Assembly (NCBI GenBank): GCA_000708835.1
Contig: DF237592.1
Location: forward strand, 1 to 47,838
Reading direction: 5' to 3'
DNA: 47,838 bases
Origin: Klebsormidium nitens
Taxonomy: Eukaryota > Plantae > Klebsormidiophyceae
Shown: piece by piece, positions 10,912 through 22,425 of the stretch
Numbering within the stretch: the first letter of the stretch is position 1
Layout of the letters: every line of letters begins with the position of its first letter
Position numbers and translations under genes: made by a program
The notes under the pieces: generated by a model
Database searches by the model: none
What the model was told of the DNA's origin: nothing
The model's input: the letters and a program-made list of their open reading frames with translations, nothing else

Positions 10912-12097
10912 AGAAACTATCGGAAGCTGAGTACTCCGTGTCAGTGAAAGAGCAGATGCCATCTGTTGGCCGGCCAATCCTGCCACGCGCAAGCCGACCT
11001 TCCCGTGCCATGTCCATCTGATTGCTCCTGACATGGATCGGGCAGCTTCAAACAGTTCGCCATTTATAGCCCGTATACGCTGTCCTGATCACATGGTTTG
11101 AAAGCGACCGTCTTGGTCAAGAACATATCTGCATAACCGCGCTTTGAAGCGGCTAGCTGGATTATACAATCATGGATGGTTCGGCCCGGGCCCCAGTCGT
11201 TGTTCGGGTCTGATCATAATTTGGATACAAGGCCGCCGGCCCTGCATGGCGACGGGCCAGGGATGGACTTATGCACACACATCATTGTATGTCGAAGAGC
11301 CAGCTAGCTCAATTTGCGGATCATTGTTGTGACGGCCACTCGGACACAACCAGGTCAATGAGCATCAGTGCACATGTAAAGAGATGACTCTTGGCTGGGG
11401 CTGGCGCCGGCTAGCTCAATGAACTGCGGCATGACGGTCGCCGTCGGTCTCGAGTTTATTCAATCCGCGAGGACTTTGTCATACATATACGCAGCCGGCG
11501 GCTGCTGTGCTTTGCATACCATGCCATGCTAGATGGTCGCATGCATCTATATCGAACATGTGCTTCCACAAAGGTCGATTGTATATGAAGCACTGTCACT
11601 ACTGCAGCATCGCTCTCAAAAGCTTACATCATTGCTACCATAAAACGAAGAAGCAACACGTCTTCTGGTACTGAAGTACACAAGCAGATAGATGCAGACG
11701 AATGTGAACGGGTCTTTACACGAGTTCTGACACAAAGGTAAGGCACCGAAGTTCTTTCAACGATTTGAGATATGAACGAGACGGTGACGTTTTCATACGA
11801 AACATCTTAATCGAGGTGTGCTGAGACCAGGCGTTCAATAGTTGTCCTGCCTTCACAGGGTTGTCCCGCTAGTCAATCAGCTCCGAATCAGTTGTAACGT
11901 ATCGATCCTCATCTGGACGTCAGCAGACCTTTCAATCCCACTCACTCCTAAGGGTCTGGTCGATAACTTGTGAATCAAGCATCAGCTACTGATTGCTACG
12001 AAAGGGACGGCCCCTATCTACTACTCCGTCTACGTGGTTAGCTCTCAGACCTTCCATTGATCAGCCAAAGCCAGTTCGTATCTTGACGCCGTCCCCT

Positions 12098-15000
12098 CTA
12101 CTGATTTACGAGAAGCTTGCGGGATCCCTTGATGGTCGCAGCTGTCGGGAGAAATGAAAAGGTCAGTTGAGAAAACAGAGATTGAACGGCGCCTTGTAAG
12201 GCAATCGCAAATGCCAGTGAGAATGGAAGGACTTCACAGTATCTAGAGGTCGTGAACATTGCGAGGTCTCAAAGCTGCGCTTATGCTGCCAACCAGGGTA
12301 CGTGGCACACGCTTCATTGATTACATCTCACAAGAGTCGTTTTGTAACGAGGACGCTTTGCTCGACTCTTCTCAGCGCTCTGAACATGCATAAAAAGCAC
12401 GATTCAACATGGAGAGGTGCTGCCAAAAGCGGAAGCCGCAAACCAGAGAACACGCCTTTCCGACGGCGCCCTGAGAACCTCACCCAGATAAGCGTCGGTA
12501 TTGTAGCCTCCGAAGGCCTGCAGCCGCCTTCCACCGTTCGAGTTGGACGCTGCACAGCAATCGCGAAGCATCAGAACAAGACAAGCCACGAAGTGCCGTA
12601 CTGACAAGCGCACTTTTGCTCAAAAAAGACGGTTACATCGAGGACGCCAGGTTTTCTAACCATGGAGGACACCCCGAAGTAACGGACGTCCGCGAACCAT
12701 ATGGTCTTTGCTGCAACAAGGTCAATACAGAGTCGCCCAACACGGTTTTCTGATGATCACACGAGCTGCAGAAGCTCGGGGAATCAAAGATTCATCGGAC
12801 AATTGCAAGGCATTAGGTGACATATCTGGGCTACAGGGTACGCGCTGCTTCATCTGTACTGCTCTCAACGCACAGCTTCGAAAATATAGGAACCGTGAAT
12901 AACAGAAAACGATGACGACCAACGTTTGACAGAGGCAGACAAGTCTTGGAAGATGTCCCTTCCAAGCGACAGACATGAATGATGGGCGGCTTCATAAAAA
13001 GCGGTGCCGATTGAATCTTCCTTGGAAGAGTGCAACGAAAGCTGATTATGCGACCAATCTGCAAACCCAGTCAAGCTCACCGGCCTGAGCTTGGTCGATG
13101 GTCGCCCCCTTCGAGCCCTGGATGCTCGCCTGCTCCTCCTGGTTGTTGGTCTGGCTGCCTTTGGCGTGCTTACCACCCGCCTGATTGGCCGCTGCACGAA
13201 CGCCAGCAAGAGACTTCGCTGAGACCGTTGTGGAAGCTTCGACTCCGTTCTGAGCTTTGCTCCCACCGGAAAGGTTGACGAGAATGAAAGTGGACGTGGC
13301 AAAGAGGACGCATTCGGGAAGAGAACTTGAGAACGACAGGGAATAACAGCGGAGCCGATAAGGGCCCCCAAACTGGGGCGAATTTTGCAAGAGACTCCGT
13401 AGACAAATAGCATTAGGCTGGAGGCAGAGTTCACAAGTTTTCGGCTGGAACGGCTTCGACTCAAGCGAGCACGATGTTACTCAAAAATGATTGGCACAGA
13501 GCCATTCTTTGCACGGAATACAGACTGTCATGCTATAGATGCAGAAAGAAGGTGCAAAGACCTCCAAGAGTTCCAAGCGGCCCTCACCGAGCTGTGCTTG
13601 GCCGATGGCCGCCTGTTTCGCGCCCTGGATGCTCGCCTGCTCCGCCTGGTTGTTGGTCTGGCTGCCCCGGGCGCCTTTGCCGCCCGCCTGGTTGAGCGCT
13701 GCACGGACGGAAGGGAGCACAGTCAGCAGCTTGATATATACAGTATTCTGAATGCCTTTTTCCGGTGAGTCTCAAGAAGACGAAAACAATGAAAGTGATT
13801 TACAGAGCAAGTGGAAGCAAATGTATGGTGAGGAGGAAAAAGGGGCTAAGACGTCTGTTGAAGCGGAAGGTCTGTGCGCGAATGCAAAAACGCAAAAGGA
13901 AACGAAACGGAGAAGGCCAGAATGTTTTACACCATGTCAGCGAGGTTGTTGTAAGTGTGTTATGGGTTGCCTGCAAATGTGAACTGGTAATGTTATGAAC
14001 TCGATGAAATGTTGACCGCACTTCTCACCTGCCTGGGCTTGCATAATGGCCGCGTTGGTTGCTGCCTGGATAGAGGCAGCCTCCCCCTGGTTGTTGACCT
14101 GGTCTTTCTTCGAGTTCACGGCTGCAAAAGCAGGGCGCGCCGGCAACAAGCACGTGATCGTCCGCAAATCGATAAGTACAAGCATAAATCTCGATAGAGC
14201 GAAGTGAGAAAACGGACCTACAAACGATCTCAATGATTACTCAACAGCGTGTTGTTTTCTTGGCAAAATTGACTGCAAGAGTTGACACCTGAGGGTTCTG
14301 GCAAGGAGGATCGGCAATCAGCACAGATACGAAAGTGCGCATGCGGAGCAAATCTCTCATCAATCTCCTTCATCAGCAGCTTCTGACATTGTAGCATTCT
14401 TAATTCGGATAAACCAGAAACAATGGCGAAAGGCAGCCGTTGACTTTCATCGACCCCAGTCTATCTTACCGAGCTGTGCTTGGCCGATTGTCGCCCCCTT
14501 TGCGCCCTGGATGCTCGCCTGCTCCGCCTGGTTGTTGGTCTGGCTGCCCAGAACGCCCTTGCCCGCCTGGTTGGCCGCTGCAAAGGCGCAAGCAAGGCTG
14601 CATCGGGGCTTCAGTTCTGTGCTAGCAATGTACACGTTCAACACTCCATCGTACCAGAGGGCAAGAAAGTACGGGAAGCCAGCGAACGACGCTTCCGGGA
14701 GCGACGATTCCGGGAGTCGACTGAAAGGGCAGGATATATACACAGGAAATGTGCAGCAACCGCAAAGGGACGGATCGAGCGGATTTATCAGACAATTAGC
14801 AGTTGCTGACAGGGCCAGCGTGCAATGCAAAAGTACGTGTGCAACAATATCGAAGGATTCGGTGACTGTAGAACAGTCCTTTCTGCATTATGGGGTCGTT
14901 TCCTACCTGCCTGGGCCTGCAGAATGGCGGCGTTCTTGGCTGCCTGGATGGAGGCAGCCTCTGCTTGGTTGTTCACCTGGTTGTTGAGCTGGTTCTTCTT

Positions 15001-18000
15001 AGAATTCACGGCTGCACAGAGAAGTAGGACTTTGGCTCGTTGGTGCGGCGCGTGCAAGTTGCAACCAGTCCAGGGACAATCACGATGAAGCCACGAAGTT
15101 TTTTTCGGGCTATGAAATGATCTTTAACTACTCTGCTTACGTTTCTTCCGGTCAAAAAATGAACAAGCAAGTATCCCCACAACAAGGACATTACAAGGAG
15201 TATCAAAACCCGGAGGGTTTTAGAGGCGGCATCCTGTGACTCAATGCTTCGTCGTGAAGTCGGATACTTGTCAGCGTTGTCGTCGAAGAGGAAAGGAATG
15301 AAGATTGATAGCGGATGAATTTTAATCTCGACGCGTCTTACCGAGCTGCCCTTGGCCGATGGTCGCCCCCTTCGCGCCCTGGATGCTCGCTTGCTCCGCC
15401 TGGTTATTGGTCTGGCTGCCCGAGACGCCCTTGCCCGCCTGGTTGAGCGCTGCACGCACGGAAGCAAAGCACAGAGTCAGGTATTCGTTGGGCAGATTAT
15501 GCACCGGACCTAGCGTATGGGTAAGAGCGGCAAGCCAGCAGAGCGAGCGATAATGTTGGGAATCTACAGAAAGAGAGGATTGGACGGAAAGCAGTCCAGC
15601 GACCGCAGGTGTACGAACCGAGAACCTTTTTGTCGACGTCTGGCAGTCGCTTCTGGCACTTGCTTCACGACCAGCGAATCCTGCGTGACTTATGCGTGCC
15701 AATGCAGATTCTTGCATGAGAACTGGCCCGGTAAAAAGATGAAGTCTCCAATTTCGGCCACGATTCTCACCTGCCTGAGCCTGCAGAATGGCAGCGTTCT
15801 TGGCTGCCTGGATGGAGGCGGCCTCCGCCTGGTTGTTCACCTGGTCTCTTTTCGAATTCACGGCTGCACACAGGGCGCGACACAGTGGGAAGTCAGCAGT
15901 AAGCACGTGTCAATGTTTTAAAGCACGAAGTCACAAGTGTGTTCAAGGAAATTTTATGAGAGTAGCGCCGAAAAAGACCGCTGCAGTGCGGCCACGTCAG
16001 AGATTGTATGAACGAGCATCAAGATTCGGCGAAAGAATGGAAACCGCTCGTGCCTGCTAACTTATTGCTACTTTCTCAAGCATTGGTAGCATCTGATTCA
16101 TACAGAAGTCTTTGTCAAAGACGCGAAGAAGAAGAAGGGACGGGCGGAAGCCAGACGGTGAAGATCCCGACCCCAGTTAAACTTACCGAGCTGCGCTTGG
16201 TCGATGGTCGCCCCCTTCGCGCCCTGGATGCTCGCCTGCTCCGCCTGGTTGTTGGTCTGGCTGCCCGGGAAGCCATGACCGCCCGCCTGGTTGGCCGCTG
16301 CACGCAAGTAAAGCAAGGCCCGGTTGGTGAGCGCGAACCATTCTTGTCCCGCACTCTGATCGTTCCTCTTCGTGACTTTGTGCGAAACTTTACGACTGGA
16401 CAGTATCGAAGCGGGTGGCGAATCGGAACGGATCGTAGCGAAACGGAACGAAGCTTTATAGACTGGTCACGAGAAAGGGATGCTCATTTTACAAAGAGCG
16501 AAATACTCTCAGTCCACAGGCTTCTGAAGTAAAGCTTACGGACGCTCAAAGCGTGTCACGATTCAACCTCACGGTCCTGCGGATAAAACAAAAGGAAAAC
16601 GATCATCAGAACCGGTATGTCGACGGATGTGAGTGATTCGCACCTTCCTGGGCCTGCAGGATGGCGGCGTTTACTGCGGCCTGGATGGACCCGGACTCTG
16701 CCTGGTTGTTGGTCTGCGCCTTCTTGCCCTTCAGGTTGGCGGCTGCAAGGTTTGAAAAAGGACAGCCGTCATTTCTGCAACGAATCTCCGCAAGTCTATG
16801 CAGAGAATCGGCAAATTGCATCTCTTTGCCAGGTTGCGTCCGCGGATCTATTTCTGATGCAGAAAAAGAAGAAATGATGCGGAGAACCGTTCTCAGTTAC
16901 AGCGCGATGCATCTCTCGAAGCTTGATATGTAGTGCAAGTCTTGAAGCAAACCCTTAAGTTTCTCACCGCTCTGGCCTTGAGCGACCGTCGAACCGGGGG
17001 ATCCCTGGATGACTCCCTGGGCACCCTGGTTGTTTGTCTGGGACCCACCCTTGCCGCCCGCCGCATTGAGAGCTGCAAGAGCATCGCAGAGAAAACTTCT
17101 CATTTGTGGGCTACGGATATGAATAATCAGTAGGTCATGCAGAAGAATGCAGTCCTTTGGACTAAACTTACGAAGCTTGCAGCATTCGAAAGGCCCTAAA
17201 ATTCCCGTTCATTATGCTGGATACGAAGAACCAGTGCGTCGACAAAGTCTTCGTTTTGCTTCCTTCTTCCGCAAAATACCTTTCTTCTTCTGAGACAGCC
17301 CAAGAAAAGTTTCTAGGATCGACCTAGCTCTGTGTCTTACCTGCCTGGGCCTGGAGAACGGCGGAGTCCTTAGACCCCTGGATGATTGCTTGCTCCGCCT
17401 GGTTGTTGGTCTGAGATCCTGCTCCATTCGCTTGGTTCGCGCCTGCAAGAGAAGCGACCCGGTTCTGAATAAGTCAATAGCGCCCCTGATGATCTCAGGA
17501 GTGTCAATGGAAGCGAGACTTACTACGCAACGATAGATGGATCGGAATCCTTTCTAACCTGCGCTGAGGCAGAGCAACACAGGCTCTGACCACTCAAAAC
17601 GCTTTCGTCGGTACCTGACCAATCTCAGGATAATCTCCAGAAAACGAAGTAATCGGAGATTCATGCGCAAGGGTTTTGACGACCACATATGATGGAAACA
17701 AAAGGAAGGACACGTGGCACAAGAAAAGCCGCACCCGTCTGTCCCTGGGCGACCGTCGCGCCCTTGCCTCCCTGGATAATGGCCTGCTCCGCCTGGTTGT
17801 TGGTCTGGCTGCCGGTGTTGCCTTTCAGTTGGTTCAGTGCTGAAAAACAAAAAGAAGAGTATCGGGACAAAGGTTGCATGCAGGTGCGGAGCTTTCGTTC
17901 TCGAGACCAGGCGCTTTGGTGAGTGGCAGCGGGACTCTTCAAAAATGAATTGCCAAGAGCCGCAATCCTGTTCTTGAAGACCAGCATTTTTTGGGAGGTT

Positions 18001-19813
18001 GCCAGAGAAAGGCGAGGTCAGCATGCAGAGAGTTCGGCAAGCGTTGAATTAGATGAACAACCGAGAGCGGACTCTCCGCCGAACCGGAGCAAGTTCCTCA
18101 GCGCATCAAGGTGACGTGGGATGTCTCACCGGCCTGCGCTTGCGCGATCGCCGCATTGCCGTCTTGAACAATGGCCTGCGCCCCCTGGTTGTTCACCTGA
18201 TCCCGCATGTTGGAAGCTGCAGCCAACCGACACGGCTCATCACACCCAAGAAATACTGCCTCAGGACGGGGCCGCTATCCAAATATAAGCATCAACAAGT
18301 TTGCTTAATTGGAGCAGATTTTCTTGTCAGGTCATGAGAAGTGGAGACAAGCCTTCTCACCGACTTGGCCTTGCGCTACGGAAGCGGGTCCCGACGAGTC
18401 CTGGATGATCCCCTGAGCCCCCTGGTTGTTGGTCTGAGAACCGGAGCCTTTGTGGCCGGAACCCTGGGGGCCCATCTGGTTCAAGGCTGCAAAACAGAAA
18501 GATCGCAACCGTTTCAGACCTACAAATATCCCTCACCCGAAAAGCATAGCGCAAATGTTGGTGCTCATATTCATGAGGTTGCGCGGACCAGCGAATGAGT
18601 GGTTCATAAGACAGGGACAAGCCACGAAAGAGAATGAGGACAAAAGAGACGGTGAGTGTTTCTCAGACGTAGTCAAATCTAGTCAACGACTCGGCTCTCC
18701 AGAAAGGGAGCGCTCGTGCTGGTCCCTTCTCACCCGCCTGGGCCTGTTCGATGCTGGCGGTGTTGGACCCTTGAATAAGCGCCTGAAGGGCCTGATTATT
18801 CGTCTGAGAGCCTTTGTTTCCGAAGCCCATCTGGTTGAGAGCTGCACAAAGACAGAAACTTCAGTCGTACGAAAGAAGAAAGGTTTTCCAGGCAGAAAAC
18901 AAGCAAGGGAAGGAAGACAGTTTCCCACTCAAGTGGCCGTCGCCGCCAGACGTAGGTGGAATCTGCTTGAAGTATAAACTGCTGATCAGCATCGGAGGAC
19001 TCAATTCTTAAAACTGCATAACAGATTTAGCCAGGACTCAGTACCCTCAATGGTGTCTCAAGCTCACCTGTCTGTGCCTGGTCAATGTGTCCGTTCTTGA
19101 CCAGTTGGAGGAGCGCCAAAGCATCCTGGTTGTTGACTTGACCCCCGCTGGTGCTGCCATCGGCGAGACACTAGAAAAGAAAGGACAAGTTGTCCTGTCA
19201 TGTCCGGGATCTTCAGACAGAATAATGGTAGGCAGGTGTGCCAGGATTTCGGGCTTCGACAAAGAGAAGCAATTCTGTGTTCATCTGCGAGTTCTTTTAG
19301 AAGCATTGAAGTGGGAGACGGTTGGGCTTTATGGTCGAGCGAGAAAATCAGAAAGAAGTTAGCGACCAAGAAGAACTGAGATAAATGTCGTCACGAGGAG
19401 GCAGTTGCAATTGTGCTCAAATAGGGACATCATTCAGAAGATCCCTCGTTTGAAGATCTTAATTGTAGACACATGAAATCACATGATTCCGGTTGGGAAA
19501 GGCGTGCCTAGCATCGACTCAATCCTTACGAATGCAGTACCTTAGAATCCAGTGACAGGACGCAGAGAGACAACCAGCACCAGCATCTCACAGAAAATGG
19601 TGCAATTTTTCCACTCAATCTGCACGGAGACGGAAGTGCTTTTTGTAGAACGTCCAGATTCAGCAGTAATTCGAAGCTGAAACGAAGGAAACGAAGAGGG
19701 ATCGATTAGAAGTAGGAAAACCGCCTTTTGCAAAATGGAGGGGAACTTACCCGAGTCGTCAGGGTGGAGAGCAGCAGCAGCCCGAACAGAGCGAGGAAGA
19801 CCTTTTCAGCCAT
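12098..19813 (-). CDS. Secreted Gln/Asn/Gly/Ala-rich tandem-repeat protein, one repeat per exon (19 exons, 615 aa); candidate beta-solenoid/functional amyloid
   Basis: Exons: 19813-19751 (MAEKVFLALFGLLLLSTLTTR), 19170-19068, 18841-18734, 18486-18361, 18216-18130, 17839-17735, 17442-17341, 17072-16968, 16742-16644, 16297-16187, 15863-15771, 15449-15342, 15011-14907, 14577-14470, 14121-14029, 13698-13588, 13191-13081, 12549-12484, 12141-12098 (TAG). All have GT..AG boundaries and total 1848 nt with no internal stop. Exons 3-18 are symmetric phase 1. Confidence 0.88.
13081..19170 (-). repeat. Array of 16 homologous 87-126 nt repeat exons (consensus QTNNQAEQASIQG-x-K-G-ATI-x-QAQ-x-A-x-N)
   Basis: The recurring plus-strand core cctggatg...gcctggttgtt is visible in each unit, flanked by ctcac/cttac/cgcac/cctac (reverse-strand donors) and ctgca/ctgaa/ctag (reverse-strand acceptors). 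Confidence 0.93.
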
Positions 19814-20656
19814 GTTGGAGGATAGACTCTAGTCACGAGCAAGTGGGTGGATGATGAGGCGGAAAGCTCAAGCGGCGCAAAGTCTTGAAATGACGGGGAG
19901 CCAATGCAGGGCGACAGGCACAGGAAAGCCACTGCGCAGGTACAAGGGGCTGCTGCTGGAAGCGAAGGGCTTCTACCTTGGAGCTTTTCGTTTCAGGATG
20001 AGAAACGAATTCTTGTGATTCTTGTGGGCGAGAACTTCAAAGCTGTGCTTTCCGGTGGTTGGAAGATCAGAATTGCAACACAAGGTAGATCAGGGCTCCG
20101 TCCCATTCTAGATTTTGTGATTGGCCTAAGATGACGGTCCATTCCCTTAAAGGAAGGTCAAAGCTCTTCAACCTAGGCAAAGAAATGGTTTGACCTCTCG
20201 TTAATGAGGAAAAGCCTGCAAGAGCGTCAAGAGACTTCGATACATCGGTAAGGCACCTGCATCTGGTGACCAGCTTTTGAAGTTAGGGGGAGATTCTGCG
20301 CTGCCTGTTCTTCGGTGCATGGCGTTGACTGGAAAGAAGTCAAGTATCTTCAAACGTGCGCAGAATGACGCACAAGCAGATCAAGCAGCCGACGTAGTCA
20401 TGAACGGTCAAGCACCCAATGCAGAGCCGCTTGTATTCAAGAGAGTGGTCGTCAGCTTAGCTTGGAGGCCCGGAGTTGCTGCACAGACGCAAGAACGTCG
20501 AAGTCAAACACACCCCAGGCTTTCGACGGGTTCCCGCATACCAGACAGATGATTGTCTTCGCGGCTCGTGGTAGCCTTCTAAGTTGTGACTCGAACAGAA
20601 TGCATGAGAAGTTTGTCTTTGAAAGTCAAGAGCTGATCTAGCACTAACGTCATCAA

Positions 20657-21143
20657 CTACGAAGCCCTGCTGCAAATGTGTGGAACAAAATCCGAGGGCC
20701 TTTCTGCATCATTCGACTTGAGACGCTGTAGGTACTTCCCTGGTACTTCGACATTGAGATTGTTGCGGCTTCTGCCGCTATCTGACAAGCGCGCATGAGT
20801 AAGGCCCGCGTGCATGGAAGCTTTGCTCTCGAAGTGCCGCAATGTTGCAGATTCGTACTGAGTGCACGCACACGCGCATGGACCGATCATCTCGGACCGA
20901 TAAGCAGAAGAAGCAAGCTTGCTTGGTGCAATGTCTGCAGATTCGACTTGAAGCTGCGCAGAGTCAAGCTCGGCCGGATCAAGCCATGGCCTGGCACTCC
21001 TCGCAAAGGCGCGCCTAAGACAGCCAAGTATGAGCATTGAGCAGTCGGACACCGTCACCTGGCACGCCGGCAGCTTGACGTCATTACAGCCGCGCGGCCG
21101 GACACCGTACGCCGCGCGCGCTTACCAGGTCCGTGTCTTCCAT
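20657..21143 (-). CDS. Possible small hypothetical protein
   Basis: An 18-nt exon MEDTDL (21143-21126, GTAAGC donor) splices in phase 0 to the ORF starting at 21058, immediately after a CAG. No homology recognised. Confidence 0.25.
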
Positions 21144-21201
21144 GAACGCGCGTGAAAATTGTCAAGGTCATGCTGTGCATGCTGGGTTGCGCCACTCCTC
21201 G

Positions 21202-21389
21202 ATAGGGATAAACTTTAATAGTAATAAGGAACTTAAGGTACACGAGTACGGGTGGGGTTAGTTTGGTGGTTAGGGTGGGTTCGGGTGCGGAGCAGGTCAT
21301 TTGTCCTTAGGGTTTTAGTGTTGGTTAAGCCGAGAGATTGAGTACTTCCAGTACCTAAGATCCTTATTACTATTAAAGTTTATGGTTAT
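21202..21389. mobile_element. MITE with long AT-rich TIRs and a 9-bp TSD (Mutator-like)
   Basis: Inverted repeats 21208-21241 (ataaactttaatagtaataaggaacttaaggtac) and 21351-21383 (gtacctaagatccttattactattaaagtttat). Direct repeat cactcctcg at 21193-21201 and 21390-21398. Confidence 0.75.
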
Positions 21390-22425
21390 CACTCCTCGTC
21401 TGATCTTTGGCGGCGAGTCGCTCAGTGCCTTCAGGACTCATCAGGAAACGTCCCATCCTGTTGACAGGCGCAGCCGCCTTCACATGCGGCTCTAGAGCTG
21501 ATCAACGAGGCGGAGAACATCTCTGAAGGAAGGGGGAGAAAGCCTGGTAAGGAAGCAGCGGCGCATCTCGCAATGGGTGTGGTAATGGTCTGCATTGGTT
21601 TTTGAAGGTCTGCTATTGGGTGAGAACGCTTTCTCGTCGAAAAGTAAAGATAGTATCTTAGTTGTCAACAAGAACACTTGGAGGTGAGCAGTCAATGTGC
21701 ACGTGTTTGAGGCTGTCAGGAGCTTCTGCTGAGGATGCAGCTCGTGTACTTTGGGTTGGGGATCGCACAAGAAACCGCTAATATGTGGTAGGTGTTATCA
21801 AAGCAAATTAAACGAAGCGAGTGTCTGGCGGCTTGCGATTCTGTATCGAATGTAGTGTCTATCATAGGCGAGGAAGAAGCAGAAAGTGCTGGGTGATCGT
21901 TTATAACACCGCTTTTCAAGCAGGTAGTTGTTTGGGTCATGCCTGCATGTCTCCCAGCGTTGCACATTGTTGTTTTGACGAGTTTTCGCCGTTGCTTTTA
22001 ACAACATTGCGCGCGCACCCACAGTCTGCGGAGCTTGCTCTTCTGCTGGCGTGCAAAATGCCTTACGTTGTCCAAAGTGCTTCAAGTTCAAGACGGGCAG
22101 AGAAATGTCTTGCCGAGCTTTCTTGAATGGGCGCCATGTCTCATCAAAACATCTTGTTGATTTATGCATGCTGGTTAAGATTCTCCTGCTTTCCGGATTC
22201 CAAAAGACCCTTTGGTCAGAATGATGGATGTGACGCTGCTACCGAGTTTTGAATCTGCGTATACCTTGCCTTGGAGTGCTCCACTGTTTGCCTTTACTGA
22301 TTTACTTTGTACCGCTGTTTCCTACTCATGGTGAAGCTGGTGGGTAATGTGCACAAGCAGGCGTAAGGAGGAGCTCTTACAAGGAACTGATTAAGACACT
22401 TGAGCTGGACCTATGTGTTTTGCAG

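Noticed and set aside
12662-12711. Extra exon candidate in the repeat gene (KTIWFADVRYFGVSSM)
   Set aside because: Not phase-symmetric; inclusion would shift the frame of downstream exons.
13081-19170. Regularly interspaced repeats as a CRISPR-like array
   Set aside because: Units are ~100-nt in-frame exons with synonymous variation and GT-AG boundaries, spacers are intron-sized (about 140-440 nt), there are no cas genes, and the context is eukaryotic.
21250-21320. Interstitial telomere
   Set aside because: Only isolated degenerate ttaggg motifs inside a MITE; no tandem array.
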